DNA of 64,000 nucleotides from a virus (Duplodnaviria; Caudoviricetes): IMG/VR virus record IMGVR_UViG_3300033064_008235, positions 1,691 to 65,690 of that record; one strand, 5' to 3'. Shown piece by piece: positions 39,030 to 48,193 of this stretch (position 1 is its first letter; each line of letters starts with the position of its first letter). The notes under the pieces were generated by a model. It saw only the letters and a program-made list of their open reading frames with translations, ran no database searches and was not told where the DNA came from. The position numbers and the translations under genes were made by a program.

Positions 39030-40052
39030 TTATCTTTCTTGCTGTGCAGATACCAAATCTGCTGTAGTTGATATTAATTTTTTATTAATAATGTCATGTT
39101 CATGAGTCAACTCATCTGCTCGTATCCATCCTTGATCAGTGAGAAACTTATGATTACCGGTGACTTGTATTTTGTTACCATTATCAAATTCTAACTCAAA
39201 CATAGTTTCGCTAGCAGAATTTGTTAGGTTCTTATGCTGTTTAACTACCGTATCTACTTTAAACTCTTTAGTAGTCTCGGAATAGTTAATAATCTTATCA
39301 CCTGAGGTTATATCTTTAATCGCAACATATCCAGTAGGAGTTAACACCCTGCTATCTGCCGAAAAACATTCATCCACAATAACACAAACAACATCTTCGA
39401 TAAACTCTTGTATGGTGAAATCACCCGTGCCATCCTTGGTGTTCTTCATGAGATTGTTTAGACTTTGCCATGTGCATATGGTATGACTACGACCATATTC
39501 TTTTCGGTCTCCAAAATACACACCCACATCCAACTCCATGTTGATGTAGTCTTTTTCTGTTTGTGTCACAAGACTTTTGTTAGGCACAATCACAATACTA
39601 CGGCCATACTTGCTCACTGCATCGCTTAGTGCTGCTGTCATAATGGTATTATGATGTATTAGTCCGTTAGCATCATAATATAAATGCGGAGCATCGATTG
39701 AAATATCAAAACAATTTTCGTTGGCTGTGTTAAGTATTTTAGTAATCGTTATGCTGCCGGTCAAATGATCTACTGTTGATCCAATGGTCAATTGTTTGGC
39801 AAAAATATCATTGCCGTGCTGTTGTAGAATATGATTCTTTGCTACACGTATTACATATCCGTTATCAAATTCCAACTCAACCATTGGCAAATCAAACTTC
39901 TTTATGAAAGAGTTCACTTTTACATTTTTATCTAACGCCGAGACATAAATTCCAAAATTATCTACTGATATTTCTTGGTTATCTATTAAGGTTGTAGCAT
40001 TGAATTCCTCGATATATTCACAAAGTTTTCCAATTGGTATTTTAATTATCAT
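39030..40052 (-). CDS. uvsW: UvsW-like helicase, piece 2: 135 aa IntC + 93 aa extein + 112 aa IntN
   Basis: CFDISIDAPHLYYDANGLIHHN|TIMTAAL..IVPNKSLVTQ..CTWQSL..VIVDE|CFSADSRV..VTGNHKFLT. Confidence 0.93.
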   Translation of the reverse strand: MIIKIPIGKLCEYIEEFNATTLIDNQEISVDNFGIYVSALDKNVKVNSFIKKFDLPMVELEFDNGYVIRVAKNHILQQHGNDIFAKQLTIGSTVDHLTGSITITKILNTANENCFDISIDAPHLYYDANGLIHHNTIMTAALSDAVSKYGRSIVIVPNKSLVTQTEKDYINMELDVGVYFGDRKEYGRSHTICTWQSLNNLMKNTKDGTGDFTIQEFIEDVVCVIVDECFSADSRVLTPTGYVAIKDITSGDKIINYSETTKEFKVDTVVKQHKNLTNSASETMFELEFDNGNKIQVTGNHKFLTDQGWIRADELTHEHDIINKKLISTTADLVSAQQER

Positions 40053-41056
40053 TTAATAAAGTCCCGGCACTTTTGTAATATTTCTACTGGACTGGATATA
40101 TAATCATTTTCCCATACGATCATTACGGTATAATCGTTATCTTCTAAATCCCGAACTTTCTTTGAATCATGTAGCCAAACATCATTTACTTTCTTTTTTC
40201 GTATCATTTCATTACCTGTATATATTTTAGGATTCCCGTGCCAGTAGTCACCGTAGTATTCTATAATTTTTTTACCATATAAAAAATCTACACGATGAAC
40301 CTTTTGTTTTCCGCGGACTGTTTTTTCATCAGGACCATAATAACCTATTTCAAGTTGTTTGAATAATTCTATAGACTTTTTGCTACGGTTTGCTACCATT
40401 CTTTTATTACCTGGCGAATCAAGCCACTGTCTAATACGGGCATTGAACATCTCTTTACCGTTGCTACCATACTTAGATGTATAAAAATCTAACCCATTTG
40501 TGACTTGCACTTTACTAACCTTCAGAGTAGCTTCTTCGTGCGTGAGCCCTTTTTTGATCCAATATTCGACGGTCCTAATAGAATATCCACGTGCGCCTTT
40601 TTTTGCAGCTGGTGATTTTAACGATCTATCTTTTTGAACTTCTTTAGTCTTACTAAGGGCAGCCACTGCTGAATATCCCTTGCTAACCCAATATTCAATT
40701 GTATTTTGTAGGCCTTGTCTTTTGGCCAAGTTTACTGAATTTATAATGTCATTGGCGGTGGAAATAGAATAGAAGCAAGTTAATTTTTGTAAGGTCATTT
40801 GGTTTGTGCCATCGTGGCCGCATTGACAATTTTTCTTTGCAATATAATTACCTTTGTATATGCCAAGATCAAATTGAGTATAACAATGATGGCACAATTT
40901 GGTAGAAATTGGCGGCGCTTTTCCAATGAACAATTTACTCGAAAACACCGGTTTCTTTGATATAGCAATAATATCCCATTTGTCAATTTTGTGTAAGGTG
41001 CATAATCGTGGCCAGCTTTTTTCTTTAAAATTATCCATTATTTGATGTAACATCAT
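40049..41056 (-). mobile_element. Free-standing Vsr-like endonuclease inside split uvsW
   Basis: YW..KGY repeats, VDF..IIEYYGDYWHGNP..VMIVWE; overlaps both flanking pieces. Confidence 0.85.
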
Positions 41057-41594
41057 TATCCTGCTCCTGTTGTAATTTATTTATTATAAATCTACCAAAA
41101 GAAGTATTTTCATCAATATTAACACATAATAGGGTGTTACTTGCTAGACATTTGCCTGCACCAGTGGCCACTTCCTGCAGGCACTGCGGGTTGGCTAGAA
41201 AATTATTGATGATTTCCACTTGATAGTCACGTAGCTCAATGGGTTTGCCTGCCATTGGGTGATTGTGTGGCCAGGCTTTGTGGGCATAGGTCTGTTCGTG
41301 TACCTGATCAAACTCAAATGTGGTTGTGTAGGTACGTTGATCATCAAGCTCAACATCATAATTGTGTTTGTCTAGGATGGGCAAAATCTCAGGCAACAAG
41401 TTTACATAAGTGCTGCCGCCAAGTTGGAAGTAGGCCACTTTACCATCCCAGCGTCCTAGTCTCACTGCTGGCAGATAACGTGCGTAAGGTACATCATATT
41501 TGAATTTCTTTACTAGATCTCTGCGAGTGTCAAGATCTAGGCCTTCAATCTTAATGTTGACTTCGTCACGTATTATTATGGTTGCTTTTTTCAT
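41031..41594 (-). CDS. uvsW: UvsW-like helicase, piece 1, with 39 aa IntN (41034-41150)
   Basis: GRWDGK, Q motif LRDYQ, ATGAGK|CLASNTLL..*; start MKKATII. Confidence 0.93.
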   Translation of the reverse strand: MKKATIIIRDEVNIKIEGLDLDTRRDLVKKFKYDVPYARYLPAVRLGRWDGKVAYFQLGGSTYVNLLPEILPILDKHNYDVELDDQRTYTTTFEFDQVHEQTYAHKAWPHNHPMAGKPIELRDYQVEIINNFLANPQCLQEVATGAGKCLASNTLLCVNIDENTSFGRFIINKLQQEQDNDVTSNNG

Positions 41595-41620
41595 TCTGTA
41601 ATTATTTGTAGTAGTGAGCA

Positions 41621-41649
41621 AGTATATAGCAGATACAAATAAAAGTCAA
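41621..41649 (-). promoter_or_regulatory. Sigma70 promoter of uvsW
   Basis: TTGACT-17-TATACT. Confidence 0.75.
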
Positions 41650-41673
41650 AAAGACAGGCACCAAAGTGCCTGT
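41648..41673 (-). terminator. Intrinsic terminator of ATPase transcript
   Basis: ACAGGCAC-TTTG-GTGCCTGT then CTTTTT. Confidence 0.75.
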
Positions 41674-41678
41674 GTAAA

Positions 41679-41713
41679 AGAGTCGCTGGGGCTAGAAAAA
41701 CGTTAGCGACTCT
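41679..41713 (-). promoter_or_regulatory. Hairpin with anti-RBS loop
   Basis: AGAGTCGCT/AGCGACTCT stem; loop TTTCTAGCCCC complementary to the RBS at 42956-42966. Confidence 0.55.
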
Positions 41714-41734
41714 ATTTGGGATAAACCCAAAATC

Positions 41735-41842
41735 TTAATCAGCATTGATATGAATTTGAAAGCCAGCTTCTGCAGCCTCGTCAGCTTCGTACTCAGTATC
41801 CACAGCAAACAAAAACAGATCACCATCCCAAATTTCGTACAT
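41735..41842 (-). CDS. 35 aa acidic peptide (below ORF-track cutoff)
   Basis: MYEIWDGDLFLFAVDTEYEADEAAEAGFQIHINAD* with TAAGGA RBS. Confidence 0.6.
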   Translation of the reverse strand: MYEIWDGDLFLFAVDTEYEADEAAEAGFQIHINAD

Positions 41843-41933
41843 ACACATTCCTTAAAAGATTAAAATCAGGCACTCATTATCAAATCATCTGTAGCTGCAA
41901 TACAATGCAGCAATCACAGCTACCCCAGTCATA

Positions 41934-42953
41934 TTAGGCTGCTTTCATACAAGTTGTTTCCGCAAGGCGTTTCCAGTTGCTTTCGCTGAGTTTGCGCAGA
42001 TCAGCAATCTTCAATGCCATGCGCAAACTCATCTCACGCAGACGAGTCTGATTCGTTTCCATAAACTCAAAGATTGCGTCTTGTGTTTCAGGTTCAAAAT
42101 CGTAACCTTCAAACAATACACCATCTTTGGCAATTTGCTTGATACGCAGGATCTTGTCACGCATGGTGTCCAAGGTCAAGTCCAAGTAGTGGCAGCGACT
42201 TTGCAATGCATCCAAGTGATCCCGTAGCTTCTGCGATTTCATAGTCTCAAACTTCAAGTTAGTGATAAAGATCACTGAGCCTTTGAAGTCAAAGCTGTCT
42301 GGGATGCCTTCGCGGCGCAGTGCGGAACTTTCGCTCAACCAGGAAATTTTACGCTTCTTGCCAGAGTCCAGGGCACCTTTCAGCAAGTTCAGTGCAACGT
42401 CATCCACAAGAATGCTGTCGCAGTCATCAAACACCAGCACACAGTTTTCGTCTGAATACTTGTAAAGGGTTTGATACAGGCCAATAGGAGTGGCACTGCC
42501 TTTCACAACTTCTGCACGAATACGCTTGCCTGCAATACGATCAAACAATGTGGCCTTGTCAATTTCTTGTTCAACGCCAAAGCTCTTGCCAACTCCAGGA
42601 GGGCCGCTCACAATCATGGCACGGATACCGCCGTCGATTGCAGCACGAGTCATTTCTGTGAGAATTTCAAAACGCTCGCGGATACGATTCATTGCAGCTT
42701 CCTCAGTCTCCGCCACAAAAGACGTCACTGGCACTGCAGGTGTATGCACAGTATCACCATTCACCATCTCATAGTCAGTGATAGCATCAACACGAATGCG
42801 AACAGCAGCAGGGCAGTTGGGAAAGTGTCCGTCATTTTGCACTGTCACAAAGCCGCCCTTGGCACCTGTTTGAAACCCGTTGATCAATGTGAAGTTTTGA
42901 TTTTTCACAGACTTGCCGCGATACTCGCCGCGGATAATACGAATTGCGCTCAT
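41934..42953 (-). CDS. AAA+/P-loop ATPase, early
   Basis: GPPGVGKS, LVFDDCD, VIFITN, ALQSRC. Confidence 0.88.
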   Translation of the reverse strand: MSAIRIIRGEYRGKSVKNQNFTLINGFQTGAKGGFVTVQNDGHFPNCPAAVRIRVDAITDYEMVNGDTVHTPAVPVTSFVAETEEAAMNRIRERFEILTEMTRAAIDGGIRAMIVSGPPGVGKSFGVEQEIDKATLFDRIAGKRIRAEVVKGSATPIGLYQTLYKYSDENCVLVFDDCDSILVDDVALNLLKGALDSGKKRKISWLSESSALRREGIPDSFDFKGSVIFITNLKFETMKSQKLRDHLDALQSRCHYLDLTLDTMRDKILRIKQIAKDGVLFEGYDFEPETQDAIFEFMETNQTRLREMSLRMALKIADLRKLSESNWKRLAETTCMKAA

Positions 42954-42985
42954 GGTTTCTAGCCCCGTTTTGTTAATATGCCACT

Positions 42986-43014
42986 ATTGTAGCAGTGGTT
43001 GAATTACCAGTCAA
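42986..43014 (-). promoter_or_regulatory. Sigma70 promoter (proximal)
   Basis: TTGACT-17-TACAAT. Confidence 0.8.
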
Positions 43015-43116
43015 CTGTTTTTTACAGGATTTTTCCAAACTTTTTTGCAAAAACTGTGAGATTTTTGCCACATGATTCGGCAGTGTTTTTGTTGGTATCT
43101 TTGTTGACCTGCAGCT

Positions 43117-43145
43117 ATTGTAGCCGATCATGCACAACCAGTCAA
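43117..43145 (-). promoter_or_regulatory. Sigma70 promoter (distal, tandem)
   Basis: TTGACT-17-TACAAT. Confidence 0.75.
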
Positions 43146-43155
43146 CCAGGATAGT

Positions 43156-43980
43156 TTAGCGCCAGTGTTGTTTTATTACAACATCTGTAGTTTCGTGCGG
43201 TTTGGGATCTCCATGGAATACCAACACACTGTTGCTGGGTTCAAGGATGGTGCCACGCCCAGGTCGGTAGTAAGTTCTATTTTTCAAATTCATACCACCA
43301 TCCAGTGCAGTCCATCTCCAACTAACAATTCGATCAGAGTCCATGAATTGGCGTTTTTCCGGAGCAATCACTGAAGTGAGATATTCCTGATCGCCGCCGT
43401 GCTGATATCTGTTGATTATTTTTTTAGCGCCATTTTGTTCAAAGTTTGACCACACATGTGACCATTTGGTTGTATCCCAATACATCACCGATGAGTTGAT
43501 ATTTTGTATATCTGGTTTCCATAGCACTTTGAAATCTCGTATGGTCCAAAAATAAAATGAACTGAGATTAACTATCCAATCTATGTTGTCAACAATCACT
43601 GTGTCCAAGTCAAAGTACAACAATTGCCCTTGATGGTGTACTGGATTAAACATTTGCATTTTGTACCACCAGCTGCGTTTACGTCCACTTATGCCGGACC
43701 ATTCTGTCAAATCATGTCGGATCATGTGTGGTGGTACTGATCGATTAGATTCTGTATACACATGCAATCTCACGCCACGTGACAAATGGCGACTCAACAT
43801 GCTGTGTAATTTTTCTACATAAATCCAATCATACCCATTGCCATGTATCACACAGGCGCAATCAACAGGTCCTGTTGGGTCAGTCACAGTAGGGGCAACA
43901 TATCCAAGTAGCTTTCTTGCTCGATGTGCTTGTCTTTCGGCACGATGCCGTTCTTTTTCCAACTGAGTGGCCACGATCAT
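43156..43980 (-). CDS. GT-A glycosyltransferase (GT8-like)
   Basis: WWYKMQMF, YFDLDTVI, NSSVMYW, GDQEYL, VFHGDPKP. Confidence 0.85.
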   Translation of the reverse strand: MIVATQLEKERHRAERQAHRARKLLGYVAPTVTDPTGPVDCACVIHGNGYDWIYVEKLHSMLSRHLSRGVRLHVYTESNRSVPPHMIRHDLTEWSGISGRKRSWWYKMQMFNPVHHQGQLLYFDLDTVIVDNIDWIVNLSSFYFWTIRDFKVLWKPDIQNINSSVMYWDTTKWSHVWSNFEQNGAKKIINRYQHGGDQEYLTSVIAPEKRQFMDSDRIVSWRWTALDGGMNLKNRTYYRPGRGTILEPSNSVLVFHGDPKPHETTDVVIKQHWR

Positions 43981-44762
43981 ACCGGTGGATTATGCCAATA
44001 ACCGGGATATCTTTTTAGAATCGCCTGTACTGATTCAGGATATTGAGTATCCACCACATGTGTAGTGGCTTTGTGATTTATTGCAGAAATGGTGTCTCTT
44101 CTTTTGAATGCCTGCAACATCTCTTCAGGATCTCTGTGCTGGGTTTCTATACAACTCACTACCTTGTTGCGTATGAGATCGTCTGACCCCATCCAGGTCC
44201 AGTGCCAGCCCACAGGAGTGCTGATTCCCACACAATGATCTCTATTTTTGCGTTTGATGCTGGCACCTTTGTATAACTCGTGAGGTGTGTGAAACATACT
44301 GCGGCGTGCTACCACACTGCCTTTCCACCCACGCTCGGCCCGTTGATCAAACTTGTACATGTACATTTCAAATCCGCAGCTGACAGGTCGATCATGTTGA
44401 TCCATTGTGGCCACGATTGTTGCCCAGCACTCAGGATTGATGATCTCATCCAGATCACCGTGGATGATGATATCATCGCTGTGGTATTGTGCTAATGCAG
44501 GTGCTATAGCTTGCCGCATCATGGTCTCGCACACAAGATTGGTTTGGTCTGCTGTCAGTTCCAATGTGACCACTTGGATTCTATTGCCGTAACGCAATTG
44601 ATACTGGGCAAGATTGTCCGTGAGATAGTAAGGTTTAGGAATTCCGCTGAAGGCTCTGCTGGCTTCTAGTATCACCCAGCGATCCACATACTGGTCAGTG
44701 ATGGCCAGATGTATGTCCAGCATGTCAAATTCGTTGTTGAAGAGAAGTGTGTCAATAACCAT
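43977..44762 (-). CDS. Glycosyltransferase family 17-like
   Basis: FNNEFDML, VILEA..FSG.PKP, GDLDEI, GWHWTW. Confidence 0.85.
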   Translation of the reverse strand: MVIDTLLFNNEFDMLDIHLAITDQYVDRWVILEASRAFSGIPKPYYLTDNLAQYQLRYGNRIQVVTLELTADQTNLVCETMMRQAIAPALAQYHSDDIIIHGDLDEIINPECWATIVATMDQHDRPVSCGFEMYMYKFDQRAERGWKGSVVARRSMFHTPHELYKGASIKRKNRDHCVGISTPVGWHWTWMGSDDLIRNKVVSCIETQHRDPEEMLQAFKRRDTISAINHKATTHVVDTQYPESVQAILKRYPGYWHNPPV

Positions 44763-44764
44763 GA

Positions 44765-45397
44765 TTAGAATCTATAAATGATCTGATAAGCGTCGTACAA
44801 AGGTTCATGACCTTTTGCTTGCAAGTAGTCTGCAATGTAATGGCCTTTTCCTGTGCGTTGATTGCTGTTTAAAAATCTGCTGTTATCGTCTATCACCACC
44901 AGGGCACCGGGTTTGAGACTGGGTTCAATTACCTGAAATTCCCGTAAATGATGATCAGCACTGTCGTGATCGTTATCCCATTTTACATCATAGCTGTCCA
45001 GGTAGAAAAGATCCACACGATCCAGATCCAATTGTGTGGCCAAATACAGCACACTGTCCATGCATGTGGCTTCAAATCTGTCAGACTGGATGGCACCACG
45101 GGCAGCGGCCACTGCGGTGGGATCTATATCCACACTACGCACACTACCACTGTGATGTTCTACAAATTCTGTAAACAATCTAGCACTTTGTCCATCTTTC
45201 CAATTGCCGGGATTACGCATGGTGCCAGTTTCAATCATGTGATATTCTGATTGGTCAAGACTTTCAAGATGTGCAAACACCAGATCAAATCCGTCTGCCC
45301 GTTGATAAAGTCCTTCTGTGAGTCCTCTTTTGGCACCGCTCACTCGGGGATTTAACAAGTGGTAATAGTTGCTGCGATAATGGTCAAGCCAAGTCAT
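44765..45397 (-). CDS. SAM-dependent methyltransferase (Methyltransf_24-like)
   Basis: IETGT, SVDID, DLFYLDS, LVVIDD. Confidence 0.85.
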   Translation of the reverse strand: MTWLDHYRSNYYHLLNPRVSGAKRGLTEGLYQRADGFDLVFAHLESLDQSEYHMIETGTMRNPGNWKDGQSARLFTEFVEHHSGSVRSVDIDPTAVAAARGAIQSDRFEATCMDSVLYLATQLDLDRVDLFYLDSYDVKWDNDHDSADHHLREFQVIEPSLKPGALVVIDDNSRFLNSNQRTGKGHYIADYLQAKGHEPLYDAYQIIYRF

Positions 45398-45404
45398 ATT
45401 TTAT

Positions 45405-45989
45405 TTAAATCAAACTGCTGTCATCAAATGGTTTTGTGACCAGCCAACAACGACCGGATCTACGCACCTGGATATCTCTTGGTCCAAAAAAGTCCCACAC
45501 TGCCTGTTGCACTCCGGGGTATCCTTTGGTATAGTCGTCGCCAGCGAACATGGATCCAGGGCGCATTTTTGGCCACCAAGCAGTTAAATCGTTTGTGACA
45601 GCTTCATAACTGTGTCCGGCATCCACATAGCAAAAATCTACTGACTCGTCTGAGAAATGGTCAGCAGCGTCCCAACTGATCATGCTTAACATTGTTATGT
45701 GTTCTATCACCGGAGTTAGATTCTGTTTAAAAATATTTTCAAGATCCTGCACCGTGGCCGGATCATACGCGATCGCTGCTTCGCCCTTCCAGGTATCCAC
45801 ACAATAAAAAGGTCCTAGCTTGTTTCGGTTGATCAGTTCGACCATACAATATGCAGCACTACGCCCGGTCCAGGATCCCAATTCTACCCAAGTGCCCGCA
45901 GCAGGAAATTGATCTAATGCCTGATCCAGCATCACAGTATTTTTGTGACTCATAAAGCCATTTATATCTTGATAGAAATGTTCCATCAT
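45405..45989 (-). CDS. SAM-dependent methyltransferase (Methyltransf_24-like)
   Basis: VELGSWTGRS, VDTW, YVDAGHSYE, AGDDY. Confidence 0.88.
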   Translation of the reverse strand: MMEHFYQDINGFMSHKNTVMLDQALDQFPAAGTWVELGSWTGRSAAYCMVELINRNKLGPFYCVDTWKGEAAIAYDPATVQDLENIFKQNLTPVIEHITMLSMISWDAADHFSDESVDFCYVDAGHSYEAVTNDLTAWWPKMRPGSMFAGDDYTKGYPGVQQAVWDFFGPRDIQVRRSGRCWLVTKPFDDSSLI

Positions 45990-46699
45990 TGATTTTCAAA
46001 TAGCGCCTGATGATCAAATTCCATTAAATGGTGAAATGCGTCAATTGTGAGATTGGCATGTTTGGGATACATTCTCCAAGCATGCGTGGGCAGATCGGCT
46101 AATATACTGATGTCTCGTATTCGGTCAGGATGATAAAAGAAGCTGTTGACTCCGCAAGTGTCCACAGTGAAGAATCGATATCCAAATTGTTCAGTCAACA
46201 GTTGATATGCGCTCAGGCTGCACCCACAATAGGTTTTTTTATATTTGGTCAAGCCAGGTCTTGCACTCACGACCTGATCTCTGTAGTAACTGAGATATTC
46301 CAAACACATCACAGCCGGACGAAAATCATGATTGTACAAGAGATCTTTAAGCACCCAGAAATCAAAACTGTCAATGTCTAGACTAAAAAAGTCCGGGGTG
46401 CGTGTGGGCCAGGATTCTATTAGAGATCCCATGTGATCAATTGCCACAGTGCAATTTCTGTGTTCATAGTCAGGATGTGTCCAAGCAGCTGGTCTTAGAT
46501 CATGTCCCACGCCGTGGTATCCACGATTTTCAATCAGATTGCGGATCATGTTCTGTTCACCTGTTCCGGAACCTATTTCTATTGCCCAATGATCAGGATC
46601 TTGAATATGTGAGCAAAGTAAATCAATTATACCATCTTCTCGGTGTTGCGAGCTGAACTTGTATTCGTAGGGTAAAAAGTGTTCATCCTTGGTGGTCAT
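45986..46699 (-). CDS. FkbM-related methyltransferase-like protein
   Basis: SQHREDGII, IEIGSG, SLDIDSFDFWV, RPAV..LEY, GVNSFF; start MTTKDE. Confidence 0.8.
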   Translation of the reverse strand: MTTKDEHFLPYEYKFSSQHREDGIIDLLCSHIQDPDHWAIEIGSGTGEQNMIRNLIENRGYHGVGHDLRPAAWTHPDYEHRNCTVAIDHMGSLIESWPTRTPDFFSLDIDSFDFWVLKDLLYNHDFRPAVMCLEYLSYYRDQVVSARPGLTKYKKTYCGCSLSAYQLLTEQFGYRFFTVDTCGVNSFFYHPDRIRDISILADLPTHAWRMYPKHANLTIDAFHHLMEFDHQALFENQ

Positions 46700-46736
46700 A
46701 ATGTATTTACCGTTATGTGCGCCGATAAATATTTCT

Positions 46737-47504
46737 ATGAAAATTGTAATTGTAACAGGGGGATTTGATCCCGTGCATTCCGGGCATATCAAATATTTCA
46801 AAGCTGCACGACAGTTAGGAGATCGACTCATAGTTGGACTCAACAGCGACGCTTGGCTAACCCGTAAAAAAGGTCGACCGTTCATGCCTGTATGGGAGCG
46901 TGATCAAATCATCAGAGAATTAAAGATGGTTGACATGACTGTGATGATGGCGGACGATGCGGACAATAGTTGCACAACATTTATTCGAGAAACGCTTGAG
47001 TTATTCCCGGATGATGAAATTATTTTTGCCAATGGTGGCGACAGAACCAAAGATAATATTCCTGAGATGCAGATACAAGACCCTAGATTGAGTTTTGTAT
47101 TTGGTGTAGGTGGTGAGAACAAAGCCAACAGCTCAAGCTGGATTCTTGAAGAATGGAAAACACCCAAAACAGATCGTGCCTGGGGACACTATCGTGTGCT
47201 GCACGAAGTTGGGCCACATGTGAAACTGAAAGAACTAACTGTGCTGCCCGGCCAACGGCTCAGCATGCAACGTCATGAACACCGTGCAGAGTTTTGGTTT
47301 GTGGCCGAAGGTGAGGCCACTGTATACACAGTAGATCCATACAGCACAGACTATGATTTACTGGCCAGTCCTGCTCGGCATCAACACACCTGGATTCAAC
47401 TGGGAGAATGGCATCAGTTGTGCAACCATACTGACCAATTGCTTAAACTAATTGAAATCCAATATGGTGAAGATTGTGTGGAAGACGATATTCAACGTAA
47501 ATGA
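46737..47504 (+). CDS. Cytidylyltransferase-like domain fused to mannose-6-phosphate isomerase-type cupin
   Basis: TGGFDPVHSGH, FANGGDR, then RAWGHY, LSMQRHEHRAEFW, WHQL, IEIQYG..EDDI. Confidence 0.9.
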   Translation: MKIVIVTGGFDPVHSGHIKYFKAARQLGDRLIVGLNSDAWLTRKKGRPFMPVWERDQIIRELKMVDMTVMMADDADNSCTTFIRETLELFPDDEIIFANGGDRTKDNIPEMQIQDPRLSFVFGVGGENKANSSSWILEEWKTPKTDRAWGHYRVLHEVGPHVKLKELTVLPGQRLSMQRHEHRAEFWFVAEGEATVYTVDPYSTDYDLLASPARHQHTWIQLGEWHQLCNHTDQLLKLIEIQYGEDCVEDDIQRK

Positions 47505-48193
47505 AAAACATCATACCAGTATTTGTAGGGTACGATCCCAGAGAAGCTATTGCATATCACACCTGCGTGAATTCAATCATACGCAACAGTAGCAAACCTG
47601 TGGCCATTATACCATTGGCATTGAATCTTTTTAAAGATTATTCCGAAACACACACCGACGGATCTAATCATTTTATATACACACGTTTCTTGGTGCCGCA
47701 CTTGATGGAATATCGTGGCCATGCTATCTTTATAGATGGTGATATGATTGTGCGTGGAGACATTGCTGAGTTATGGGATTTGAAAAATAGTTATATGGAT
47801 GTGCAAGTTGTCAAACACGATTACAAAACACGCATGACTGAAAAGTATCTTGGCAGCAAAAACGAAAACTATCCACGCAAAAACTGGAGCAGTGTGATGT
47901 TATGGAACTGTAATAGCTTTCCTAATCGCAAACTTACTCCAGCATTCATTGAAGGTTCCACAGGGGCAGAACTGCATAGATTTACCTGGCTTGAAGATGC
48001 CCGTATAGGAGAATTACCTGCTGAATGGAATTGGTTGGATGTGGAATACGAATATAACCCGTCAGCAAAATTAGTTCACTTCACATTAGGAACTCCTTGT
48101 TTTCATGAATTTGCCAATCAAGGCAATTTCTCAAATGAATGGCATCGAGAACGTGTGTTTACTGAATACTGTCAACAGAGAGATATTTTATGA
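47501..48193 (+). CDS. GT-A glycosyltransferase
   Basis: FVGYDPRE, FIYTRFLVP, FIDGDM, YPRKNWSS, VHFTLGTP. Confidence 0.85.
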   Translation: MKNIIPVFVGYDPREAIAYHTCVNSIIRNSSKPVAIIPLALNLFKDYSETHTDGSNHFIYTRFLVPHLMEYRGHAIFIDGDMIVRGDIAELWDLKNSYMDVQVVKHDYKTRMTEKYLGSKNENYPRKNWSSVMLWNCNSFPNRKLTPAFIEGSTGAELHRFTWLEDARIGELPAEWNWLDVEYEYNPSAKLVHFTLGTPCFHEFANQGNFSNEWHRERVFTEYCQQRDIL

